A stretch of 64,000 nucleotides of DNA from Anthoceros angustus. Lineage: Eukaryota; Plantae; Anthocerotophyta. Location: the NCBI GenBank assembly GCA_010909165.1, contig VJWM01000118.1, positions 434,001-498,000 on the forward strand, in the 5' to 3' direction. The position numbers and the translations under genes were made by a program. Below the pieces are notes generated by a model that did not search any database, was not told where the DNA came from, and saw only the letters and a program-made list of their open reading frames with translations. Below, piece by piece: positions 50,101-61,900 of the stretch (position 1 is its first letter; every line of letters begins with the position of its first letter).

Positions 50101-50285
50101 CACACCGGCCCGTGGCGGCGATCATGGTAGTTAGACGCAAACTGATGAATGTGCGTTGAGTCCGAACGGGACGCAAAGTGAGGTGAGAATCGTCTGAACG
50201 CGGTAAACGGAGCCCATCATTCCCTTGGGAACGGACTCCTTACTACAACGACACGGATTGTGCGCTCTGCCGTCGGTTCGAAAGT
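47170..50285 (+). mobile_element. gag-only LTR element (family B) with a duplicated 3' end
   Basis: Direct repeats ~47170-47629, ~49300-49735, ~49860-50285; PBS-like TGGCGCTGCCGGGAA after the first; retrotransposon gag ORF ~47873-48824 plus zinc-knuckle remnants; no RT or integrase. Confidence 0.7.
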
Positions 50286-50699
50286 CGCTACCCCTCTCGC
50301 TCTCCTGCCACGCCTCTGATCCGAACGATTCTCCCCCAAAACCTCCACCTCACTTTCGCTGCCTGCGGTTTCTTCGCGTCTTCCCATGGGCGTCGCGCGT
50401 CTATGGCCTCTATGCCTGTTGTCTCACTCCTCATCGCTGGACAGCCACACCGTGCACTCCTCCCTCCATGTTCTAGCCTCCGCTTCACTCATCTCCTCAA
50501 GCACCACTTGCGGGGGGTAGGCCCCAGCTCCCGTTCGAAGGAACCCTTGGTAAAGTGGCGATCAAGATGTGCAGCGGTGGTTCCCGGCCCTCAGCCGTCC
50601 AACCACACATTTAGAGTGAGCACCGCTCACCATGCGGTGAGGCTAGGGACATGAGCATCCTCATCCGACCAGACTACAATACGCCTCCTGCTATGAGGT

Positions 50700-52445
50700 C
50701 CTTACCCTCCCTTCCATGGACAATCCTGGCCGGTGCCTGGGGTTCCAGGAGTCAGATCCCCATTGCAGCGCTCATGGTGGCTTCCCCACCTCGGTTCCTT
50801 CTTCCACGGCGGTGGCCGGTTTAGCCACCGTGGTGGTCGCTTCCACGGCGGTGGCGGTTTAGCCACCGTGGTGGCCCCACGGTGGTTGCTTGACTCTTCG
50901 CGGTGGCTGCTCGCCTTCTTCGATTTGCCCGCCTCTCTCTTGACTCGCCCTAGCCTCATCTCTCTCCCTTGTATCTCCGCCCGGCTTGAATTTCTCTAGG
51001 GGCGCCATCGTCTCCACCTGCCCTTGGACTCGCGAGACCTCATTCTGGAGCTCCTCAATCGTAGCATACGCCCATTTTACTTGATTCACTAGGGCCTCCT
51101 GTTGGGTGGACATGGCCCTCAGCTGTTCCTGTGCCTTGCACAGAGCCTCTTCGCACTCCCGTCTGCGGTCCTCTGCCACCTTGTTCTCGCCCTCCAGGCC
51201 CTCCAACTTTTCTTTAAACAACTTCTCTTGTTACCCCTGCACCTGAGTGAGAGCCATGGCTGCAGTCGAGAAGATCCTTGAGTGCAGCCACACGAGAGGT
51301 CGAGTGCAGATTCCGATTGGGCTTCGTGCCCATTCCTTCCACAATAATTCCGAACGCCAGTCGTTACCTCCCGCCTGGGCGGGTCAATGAGATATCGCCA
51401 AAAATGTCCTTGAGCTCCGTTGTGGGCCTGGCTGCCGACACTAACCCTTCCTCTCCTAGGGGTTGGTCTGCAACTGCTCCTTCATTCGTACCCACCTCTC
51501 CTAGCGGCAGCGACTCATCCTCCGCACCAGAAAGGGGAACAACCTGCCGCTTCCCTTTTATCTTCCCCTCCTTCACCCGCAACCCTGCTGCCGACTTCGA
51601 CCTGGTGACCCTAGGTGTGGCTGTGGGTTCCTCCTCCACCTACATTTCCTTTGGCCGACTGCTCACTGCCGCCACCCTCCGCTTCTTGCCCTTGGAAACC
51701 TCCCCACCTTCATCCGAATCTTCTAGAGAGGCGCATTCCCAACTGCTGGAATCCTTCCCTGAGTCCTCCTTACACTCCTCCTCCTCTACCTTGAGTTCCT
51801 TGACCGGTTTCCAGCTATGAAGGGCAGACATAGCTTCCAACTCCGTTAGGCATCCGGAATGCGCAAACACATGAATCAAAAAGGGTGAAATCAAGGAGGG
51901 CCGAGGAGAAGGGGAGAGCAAATTCGCCTTCTCTTCACAGGCTCTTTCAAAAATCATCCTTCCCCAATCAATCTGTGTGCCTTTAACCACTTCATGAAGG
52001 AAGACCAGGAAGTGGTCCACCATGTGATCCAACTTCCGGTTCTGCAGGAAACACAAAATCCACTTGGCCAATCCCACCAGCTGCACAGACACGAGTTGGC
52101 GAGTCACCCATCCATTGTTAACTCTCACTTCCCAGCTTCCAGCTGCCACTGCATGCAGCCTCGTGGTCTTCTTCCTCCGGGGTCAATCACTGTGCCCCAT
52201 CCTCCGATTCCTCTCGCCCATACACGGATCTAAGAGCCCCAAATCCCTATGCGGCCTCTTCCTCGGCCGCCTCTTGCACGGTTCTCATTAGGCGGGCGAC
52301 CGCACACACAATGCCTTGAAATCACCAGCTACCATTTCTTCTCCATGAAATCCAGTTCACACACAAGGCCGCCAGCTCTAACCTTCCAGTGGTTCATGTT
52401 GGGCCACTGCGTGGTGGGAATTTCTGCCGCGTCTCGAGGCGCCAT
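50700..52445 (-). pseudogene. Retrotransposon accessory ORF (plant-mobile-domain-like plus coiled coil)
   Basis: ATG at 52445; ...NNGW...TQIDWGRMIFE...SPFLIHVF; coiled-coil ORF 50859-51221. Confidence 0.5.
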
Positions 52446-52477
52446 CTTCCTTCCTCTTTCGTTTTAGGTAGGACCTT

Positions 52478-54557
52478 CTCTGATACCAGATGTAACTAGA
52501 GATGTGCTCAGACATCTCGCGAGCTTGATGACCCGAGCGGCAGGAGTAGAGAAGTGAGAGTGTGGAATCGAGAGAGTCTGATTATGGGAGCACCTAGTTC
52601 TTGTACCCCCCGCGTCCCGAGTTCCGACCGTTTGTTTACCTGAGCTAACTTAATTCATCGGATTGGTTAGTGACGCTGCAAGCTTAATCCCGCTCGCCTA
52701 ACCACTAGTTCTAACCCTTCGGTTCTTTCGTCTAGGCATGCCCTATTTGTGGTCTATTGCGTTACTCATATGCCAATGACCACATATGGACATTGATCAG
52801 GTGTCCAATCCTTCTCGTTGAGCTGCTCTTCAGCTCATCGCTCACGGCAATAGTCGGCGGGGCACCTACCCTAGTCACGTATGCACCCCACAGGCGTGAT
52901 GCATCTCTAGATTTCTTGGTGAGTCGGCCCGGCTTGTCAAGACTGATTAGTATGCCCATAGCCAAGGAGTCGGCCCACCTGATGAAGGCCGGGTCGGTAT
53001 GGCCATGGCCAAGGGAGTGGGCCTAGCAGCTTGATGAAGACTAATTGGTATGGCCATGGCCAAGGGAATCGGCCCAGCTTGATGAAGGCTGATCGGTATG
53101 GCCATGGCCAAGGGAGTCGGCCCACCTTGACGAAGGCTGATCGATATGGCCATAGCCAAGGGAGTCGGCCCAGCTTGATGAAGGCTTGATCGGAGAGTCA
53201 TCAAGCAGGAACGAGCATTGGATGGGTTGGACGGAACAGGCATTGGATCACACAGGAAAGGGCATAGGGTCGAACGAGGCGGCATTGGATGGGACCAACA
53301 GTGCATTGGATCACAAAGGAAAGGGCATAGGGTCGCAGAACCGGCATTGGATGGGCTGGACCGAACAGGCATTGGATCACAAAGGAAAGGGCATTGGGTC
53401 AGGCAGGAATTGGCATTGGATAAATTTGGATAGAGCGGAAAGGACTTTGGGTCAAGCAGGAATGGGCCTATTAGGAGTGGCTCAAAGAATCGGCTACAAG
53501 GCTGGTCCCACACTCTTGAAGAACTGGTCCATAGCTAGGTGAGATGGCACCAAGGAAAGGATAGGTGCAGGCATGTCGGAGCTTAGAAGTGAGAGTGTGG
53601 AATCGAGAGTCTGATTATGGGAGCACCTAGTTCTTGTACCCCCCGCGTCCCGAGTTCCGACCGTTTGTTTACCTGAGCTAACTTAACTACTGGATTGGTT
53701 AGTGACTGACTGGGGTAAGCTTAATCCTGCTCAGTCTAACCACTAGTTCTAACCCTGGTTCTTTCGTCTAGGCATGCCCTATTTGTGGTCTATTGCGGCC
53801 GTTACTCATATGCCAACAGCCACATATGGACATTGATCAGGTGTCCAATCCTTCTCGTTGAGCTGCTCTTCAGCTCACTGGCTCACGGCAATAGCTGGCA
53901 GTGGCACCTACCCTAGTCACAGACAGCCACAATAGGCGTGATGCATCTCTAGATTTCTTGGTGAGTCGGCCCGGCTTGCTGAAGACTGATTGGTATGCCC
54001 ATAGCCAAGGGAGTCGGCCCAGCTTGATGAAGGCTGATCGGTATGGCCATGGCCAAGGGAGTGGGCCTAGCAGCTTGATGAAGACTAATTGGTATGGCCA
54101 TGGCCAAGGGAATCGGCCCAGCTTGATGAAGGCTGATCGGTATGGCCATGGCCAAGGGAGTCGGCCCACCCAGTGATCGATATGGCCATAGCCAAGGGAG
54201 TCGGCCCAGCTTGATGAAGGCTTGATCGGAGAGTCATCAAGCAGGAACGAGCATTGGATGGGTTGGACGGAACAGGCATTGGATCACACAGGAAAGGGCA
54301 TAGGGTCAGGCAGGAACTGGCATTGGATGGGCTGGACCGAACAGGCATTGGATCACAAAGGAAAGGGCATTGGGTCAGGCAGGAATTGGCATTGGATGGG
54401 CTGGATAGAACAGGGAAAAGGACTTTGGGTCAAGCAGGAATGGGCCTATTAGGAGTGGCTCAAAGAATCGGCTACAAGGCTGGTCCCACACTCTTGAAGA
54501 ACTGGTCCATAGCTAGGTGAGATGGCACCAAGGAAAGGATAGATTACTGAGCATGTC
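52478..54557 (-). mobile_element. 5' LTR (family C, internally duplicated ~1 kb, ~48- and ~57-bp subrepeats) plus tRNA-iMet PBS
   Basis: Minus strand ...TAGTTACA-TC-TGGTATCAGAG at 52491-52478; ~52550-53580 repeated at ~53585-54570; far boundary approximate. Confidence 0.65.
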
Positions 54558-55645
54558 AGAGCTTAGAAGTCTGAGCTGCCGCCAGGATAATAATGCATAT
54601 CCTGGGAGCTGTTGGCATGAGACTTTAATTATGCATATGCTGGGAACTATAAAGCTTTTCTCACAATTGTAATGAATCAAGCTTGTCATGATTTCTGTTG
54701 TGTAATGCTGTATGCCTATTGCTACTGATGTGCAGGATTGGGAGGCTTGCCGCTTCCTTGGTTTCTGTGTGATTTCGGGGTTGTGCTGACTAACGCCCAC
54801 CTTCCATCACATTGTGCTGTAGAATTTGGTCACTATTCTGTTGTGTGTTTGCTGCCGCTTTTGACTCAAGGCCTGGTCCTTGCACAAACTGTTTCCTAAC
54901 CATTGAAAAGTTGCTCTGGAATCATTGCCTTGAGGCAAATTGTTGGTGACCCAAACTGATCCTCGTCTTGCTAATAAGCCAGCACGAGGCCTATCATATT
55001 TTAATACACCGAGTCTCTATTAACTTTGTTCAATAAATGAACATGTGTGTGCTGTCTAACTTAGGGACGTGCAAAGCACCCCACCTGCCACTGAGGTTAT
55101 GTACTCGAGTTTTAGCAGGCCCTAGCTTTTGTTTATAGTACATGTGTAGATAAATTAGCAAAAAAGACGTCAAAGTTTGTACGTGGCTGGTGTGATATAC
55201 CATACAATCCTACATTTTTTTGGGAACTGCCAATTATAAAAAGAAAAAGAAGCGTACTATGTAGGATTTGATTTTGATTCAGAGGTCGGAATCTCACGTT
55301 GCACCTGGTAGCAAGGTTGTCGGGGCTGTGATATCGATCAGCTGCACAACCTCCATACTATGTCTGGAGCCTAGGATGGACCTCGTCAAGAGTCTTTGTT
55401 GTGCATGCCGAGGTACTTCTCCAGCAGCCCAAATTCGTGTCCATGAGTATTGTGAGAGGATGCTTCTGTTTGCATACTTATTATGTTTAATTATCAAATA
55501 ACTAAGAGATAATTATATTCTAAGTTTTCGAGATAAATATGAATATGATTGCTATATATGGAGTAAGACTCGGGCAAACTGTATATGATTTAAGACTATG
55601 TGTTGGAGTGGAATCTTTATCTTATTTGTATCAAAAAAAATTTGA

Positions 55646-56887
55646 ATGACAAACTTCAATACATATGTCGATACTCCTTATGGGGAGAGGAACCATTGGG
55701 ATGAGTGGAAAAATTTTCTATTGGAAAGCTTCTGGACAAATGAGGGTCTAAGCACGTTTTGGTCCGCTTCAAAAAATATGTTGTTGTGGACCATGTATGC
55801 CATAATACAAATATGTGCTTTAATGAATATTTATCTATATGTGGAATATTTCCATGACAATGATCTGTGCTATTGGAAAAAGTTTATAGTGGAAAACCTC
55901 TTGACATGTGATAGTGCTCCTCATGCAACATGTGATAATACTCCTAAAGTGACATGTGAAAGTACTCCTCAAGCGACATGTGAAAGTACTCCTCAAGTTG
56001 CATGTGATAGCACTCCTCAAGCCACAAGTGATAGTACTCTTCAAGCCACAAGTGATAGTACTCCTCAAGCCACAAATGATTGTACTCTTCAAGCCACATG
56101 TGATAGTACATCTCAAGCCACAAGTGATAGTACTCCTCAACAGAGATGTGACAGTACTCCTGAAGTGAAGATGATTTCTTCTAGAGATCTTTGGGATTGG
56201 AGAAAGATGAATATTTTAGCTTCCATTGGTCACCAGGGCCAGTGCGGCACATGCTCCGTCTTTGCAACCTTAACTGCTATTGGTGCTAGAATCGCTATTA
56301 AATATGGTGCCCCGCCACTAGACCTTTCAGTGCAAGATTTCATCGACAATTGGCAGCCTAAGACCTCCATCAACCAAGACTTGGCAACTCTCAGTAAGGA
56401 GCTCGCTGAAGACGTGAGCATACCATGCAAATATGGTGGAAATTGCTTCGATGTAATGAAATATGTGAAGAAACATGGAGTAATTTTGGCAGAGAATTGT
56501 CCATACCATTTGGGTGGATGTCACCGGAATCCTACTAGCCAGCGCAATGTCTTACCATATAATATTGATTTCAAGTGCTTTAAAGACTTGAGCATCCTAG
56601 AGATGAAAGAGTTTGTGAGATACACACCGGTCGTGGCAACTCTTAAGTCTGGAGTCGATGAGTTTTACCACCATGCCGACCACAAAGCTCAAAAACCTTA
56701 CTCTGGCACGTGGGGTCCAGATGATGGAGATGCTGACCATGCAGTGTTGATAGTAGGGTTCGATAAGGACGCGTGGATCTTGCGCAACAGCTACGGTAAA
56801 GAGTGGGGTGATAATGGATATTTTAGGGTCAACTTTGCAGATAATGCATCTGGAATCTATAGGGAGACATGGATACCTGTTCTTTAG
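55646..56887 (+). CDS. Intronless papain-like (C1A) cysteine protease with N-terminal hydrophobic segment and 8-aa repeat stalk
   Basis: WDWR, HQGQCGTCSVFA, DHAVLIVGF, WILRNSYGKEWGDNGYF; catalytic Q-C-H-N present. Confidence 0.85.
   Translation: MTNFNTYVDTPYGERNHWDEWKNFLLESFWTNEGLSTFWSASKNMLLWTMYAIIQICALMNIYLYVEYFHDNDLCYWKKFIVENLLTCDSAPHATCDNTPKVTCESTPQATCESTPQVACDSTPQATSDSTLQATSDSTPQATNDCTLQATCDSTSQATSDSTPQQRCDSTPEVKMISSRDLWDWRKMNILASIGHQGQCGTCSVFATLTAIGARIAIKYGAPPLDLSVQDFIDNWQPKTSINQDLATLSKELAEDVSIPCKYGGNCFDVMKYVKKHGVILAENCPYHLGGCHRNPTSQRNVLPYNIDFKCFKDLSILEMKEFVRYTPVVATLKSGVDEFYHHADHKAQKPYSGTWGPDDGDADHAVLIVGFDKDAWILRNSYGKEWGDNGYFRVNFADNASGIYRETWIPVL
55904..56167 (+). repeat. 24-bp coding tandem repeat x11 (TCDSTPQA-like)
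   Basis: Visible in both DNA and translation. Confidence 0.9.
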
Positions 56888-57299
56888 TATTATGTTTACA
56901 ACAAATATGAAATTTACGTAACTATGGAAACGTTCAAAGCTATAAATCTCCCAAAGGCTTAAAGATTTAGTTTAGCTTTATATTAGTCCATATAGTTCTT
57001 ATCATATCCTATGTATCGATCCCCTATTTTAGTCCCATGACTAACTTATTTATTGTTATTTTGATAGTAAATTATAAATTATAAATTATTTGATCATAGC
57101 CTAATTCAAAACTTGTCTCGTGAATATGAATGACTCTATAAATGTTCATAGTGAGTCACTATCGTAGAGGCCTATACTTTTTTGGCATTAATAGTACTAT
57201 TTTTCACTTTGATCAATTTTAAATTTTTTGATAATTATTTACCAAAAAGTAAACAATTATTTCATATTATGCCGAAAATTAAGTATAACAGCTATCTAG

Positions 57300-57407
57300 C
57301 AGACTTGATCCTCACCGCTTGGGGATGTGAGCAAGGAACCGAGGTAGAACCCCCAATCGTTTGACTCATGCCCATGTCTTCGACCACTAGACCACTCGAC
57401 TCGTGCC
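57300..57407 (-). mobile_element. tRNA-derived SINE head or tRNA pseudogene
   Basis: Minus-strand A box TGGTCTAGTGG (57394-57384) and B-box-like GGTTCTACCTC (57351-57341) at tRNA-like spacing. Confidence 0.55.
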
Positions 57408-58986
57408 CATATCTTGGACCATCGGACCAACTTCTTGGTCTTGCCATATTTTGAATGTGTTTAGTATATTACGGTTTATAGAGTGCCGAATTGGAGAAAA
57501 CTATTCTACTTGCTCTTGAAATGAGGGAAAACATTTGTGCCGTGTTGAAATTTCATCCTCTAAAAAAATTAACTTTTCAGCAAAGGGGCGCGCAAAATCA
57601 CAGCCCCCTACGATAGTAATGCTCTTAGTTCTTTGCATGATTCCATGTATTTCTGTCTTTTGCTTTTATTCGTGAGCGGCAAGAAGGCTACCAGCCTTTT
57701 ACAAGGGATGTGTGTTCTGGCATTGAACTTGGGAGGAGAGAGGAGAGGAGAGGAAGGTATGGGGGGCAGGCAAGTTTTGATTTTATTTGGAGAATGTACA
57801 TTTACAACCAATATGAAATTTAAGTAGCAATGGAAACATTCAAAGTGATAATCCTCCAGAGGCTTAAGGTTTAGTACTACCCTTGGACCATGAATTAGGA
57901 GATATTATGTCTAACAAAAATTTAGCGGTACGTGTGAAGATAAATTAAAGTATTTGTTAACATTTATTGCATCTAATCTCAAGAAAAGAGGTGCGACGAA
58001 GTTACAATTACTTGTTGTAATCACACATCGAGATAAATTTTAAACATCTAAAGAGTATATTAAAACTATACTAAATAACAAAGTTAATAATTTAAAAGAT
58101 ATTTTTATAGATTTAGTATATGTATCTCCAAAAATGAAAATTATAGATACTTGTTCAATGAAATATACCAAGAATGCACTAAGTGATGTATTTCAAAGCT
58201 TAAAACTTTTGTATGAGAAATCCCAAAATGTGCTTTAAGGATGCGAGAAAATGAGTAGTGGCTTGATACATTGAGTTTTTTATGTGACAAAAAAGAGTTT
58301 GAAAGCTTTTGTGTGCAAGAAAAATGAGAAGTGGCTTGGTACATTGAGTATCAAAAAATCCTTCTCAACCCTTCCGAATGGGACAAAAAAGAGATTGAAA
58401 TCTTTTGTGTGCAAGAACTTACGGTGTTGAATAAGTTTGAGAGTGTGACCGAAAAAACATAGTACATGGCATTTTATCTTACCCTTATGACATTGGAAGA
58501 AATATTCATTTCAGGAAAAAAAATTTGATAGTAGTTAATGCCAATTGGATCACGTACATTTTTATAGGTAATTTGATGCAATCACGTAAACCACTTTCTC
58601 TCCCAACTAGCCAAGGATTTGTAGAAAGAGAGGTACTTGAGAAAATTATCACTAATTCTAGAAATAATAATATTGGAGTTGAGACCAAAAACTTGTAAAG
58701 GTAGTATATACATGTAGCAAGAAATGAATCCAGAATTATGAGGACCCTCCGAATCCTTTGCACAATTAGGTATTTCCGGTTAGTTTTACCTGTCTAAGTC
58801 TCATCTATATATTCAGTCCTCCTGCACAATCAACTATTTACAATTATTTTTAGCTATCTAAATCTCATCCATATATTGAGTAACATGCCACAAACTTTTT
58901 AGTTTCATATATTGAAGTGACTTGAACTACATGGAATGCATCAACTATTTACAAGTAGCTTTACCTATTTTCGCCATTAATATTAC

Positions 58987-61900
58987 TGTAACGCTCCAAA
59001 GATCAAGTTCTATGCCACCCGTGATCCGTGACATAGTCTTGGTTTCGCTAGAAGGAGCTCACGAAAGTGGTCGCTTGTGCCTTTGGTCTTACATATAGCC
59101 TCGCGTCAGAACGGTTTCCGCTTTGGCTAATAATTGAGCACGCTTTCTTGTTCATGTAACCACTATTTACCCTATTTCTACCTATCCGCTAATTAGGATT
59201 AATATTCCTATCTATCCGCTAATTAGGATTAATTCTACTTAATGCCTAATGCTCCTAACGTTACATAATTAACCAAGTTTCTTATACACGCTGCTTTATG
59301 AAACGGGCATCGTCTGCCGGCCAAACGTCTGGCCGGCTCACTCTTGGTAGCATGCTTGTGCCTTTGGTCTTGGCTTACATAGCTCGCGCAGAACGGTTTC
59401 CGCTTGGCCTAACAGTAATTGAGCACGCTTTCTTGTTCATGTAACCACTATTTACCCTATTTCTACCTATCCGCTAATTAGGATTAATATTCCTATCTAT
59501 CCGCTAATTAGGATTAATTCTACTTAATGCCTAATGCTCCTAACGTTACATAATTAACCAAGTTTCTTATACACGCTGCTTTATGAAATCATCGCTCACT
59601 AATCGGGCAACAAGGCCCGCCGGGCTCACTCTTGGTAGCATGCTCAGCCTGCTTTGGCAGGCCGGCGTGTTCCGCCTCCCGTCAGAACATCCTCCCCACT
59701 TAAGAGGCTCGGTCCTCCGTGCCCTCGACCGGGCTTAGGCGAGAAACAATGGCAAAAATCTTGCTCCCAAGTGGTCAAGAATCGGTTCGTGGCTCCACCC
59801 AACAAGGTAATCTGACACCTGCTTCAAGCTTGCGAGCCTGCTGGTCAAGGATTCTGCCTGTTGGGAAGGAGGAGAGGTCCGTACCGCCGGTAGGCGGGAC
59901 GTGATGGGTGGGAAACCGATGGTGGTGTGGACTGGGATGGGGAAACTGTGGAAGAAGGGAATGGAGTGGCCGGAGGATCGAGGAGATGGGCCGGAATAAC
60001 AGCTTCAACATACTAACATGGAAGGTCCGCACATGCGCCATCTGAAGGTCGAGGTATAAGCCATGATTCACTTGGCGAAGATGGGGAAGGGTCCCGCAAA
60101 ACGGTATGCGAGTTTGTGATGGGCCGGATCGTGTGGGTACTGTGGGGACGGACACGTAACTGCACTGCCCTACCGCATATGTGACCTCACGGCGTTGTTT
60201 GTTCTTGATCTTGCCTGCCTTGCAGTCGCAAGTAGATTCTTCTTAGCCCGGCCGACTTCGTGGTATATGTCTTCAGCCACCGCAAGACTCCTCCACTTTT
60301 CTCGCTGGTTGGCCATAATCCCGGAGGTGGTGGGTTGGCTCCATACAAGAATTTGAAGGGTGAGGCACTGCGATGCTTGGAGGTATTGTAAGCAAACTCC
60401 AACATAGGTAATGTGTCCTCCCATAATCCTTGCTTCTCCTGCATAGTGACGCAACATGTCTTCTAGCACTTGTACCGCTTCGACCGACCATCGGATTCGG
60501 ATGGCGGTGGTGGACAGCTCGATGAATGCCGAGGGTCTCTGAATGTCTTCCAACCTGCTGTGAATTTCGGATCCTCGTCTCAAACGATGTCTTGGGCATC
60601 CATGTAGCCCGAAAATCTCGCGAAGATGGTCGCCACTGGCCGTGACCTTGAATGGACGGTATAAAATGACAAAGATTAAAGTCCGTCCATGACGACCCAT
60701 ATGGCGCTCCTTTCCGCTCCCGCTGTGTGACAAAGTCCATAGAACGGATCGAATACTGTATGTGTAAGGGTAACAACAACCCGGCGATTTCGATGTTCGG
60801 TTTTGCCTTTTGTGAGACATACCGCGAACCCACCGGATACGCCCCGCCGCATGTTGGTCCAAGAGAAGTGTGTCTTCACGCTCATACGCCTTATCTATTC
60901 GAGATGTCCCGAGATGGGAGAATCGTGCAAATCGTGCATGATTCCCCGCTTAAGTTCCATCATGTGTCCTCGATAACCACCGCTCTTACGGTAAACGCAC
61001 GCATCCTTCGCCAGGTTTGCATAGGGTCGAACTCCGCTGCATCCTCGGACTAACCGGTCGATATGGTTTGCGGTAGGATCATCCGAATCGCATCACGGAC
61101 CGGATGGTTTCGGATCGTGATTTCATCGGTCCGGGCCTCCTCGAGAGCATCCGAATCAGATTTGCCGAGCTGCGAGGTACTTGATTTCCATGTCAAAGTT
61201 CAAGTACTTTCGCCACTGCCTAGCGTTGAGATTTGGCTTGAAGAAGTGTTGTAGCGAATGGTGGTCCGTGGAACCACAAACCTCTGTCTGAGGAGGTAGT
61301 GGCGCCACACTTTCGTGGCATGGACGATCGCAAACATCTCCTTGTCGGTATGTGTAATTTAATTGTGCCCCTCGAGTTTGTGAGACTCGTGAGGCTATCA
61401 CCTCCCTTGCCGAGACAAAGATCGCACCAATGGCACCATCCGATGCATCTGTGTAGCGTAGGTTCCCCGCTGGTCGGCCATCGCGAGCACCGGCCTGCTC
61501 AAGGCTACCTTCGCCAAAGGCTGGATCACGCCTGTCACCGGAACTCTGGCCGGTGGATCGCTTGAGGGCTTCACAAAGGAAGAGCAATTTGATCAAGCTC
61601 TTGATAAACCTCGATAGAAGCCCGCTAGCCCCAGGAAGCCCCTTAGTTGGGTGATGTCCTTGGGAGCGCCACCACCCACACAGGCATACCTTGCGAGGAT
61701 CCATGCGATGCCCTTGGCACTAACGATGTGTCCAAGATACTCAACTTCTCGCATGAAGGTACACTTGCTCCTCTTGGCCGCCAGCTTGATGCTTCAAGAA
61801 GAGTGAATACCTTCCCGACGAGTTCGATGTGGGTGGCTTGGTCCGCAGAGTGGATCAAGATATCATCTAGGAAGACCTCGACCCCTTGCCTAGCAAAGGT

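Noticed and set aside
57583-57616. GC hairpin as a Helitron 3' end that might have captured the protease
   Set aside because: No proper CTRR terminus and no matching 5' TC end identified
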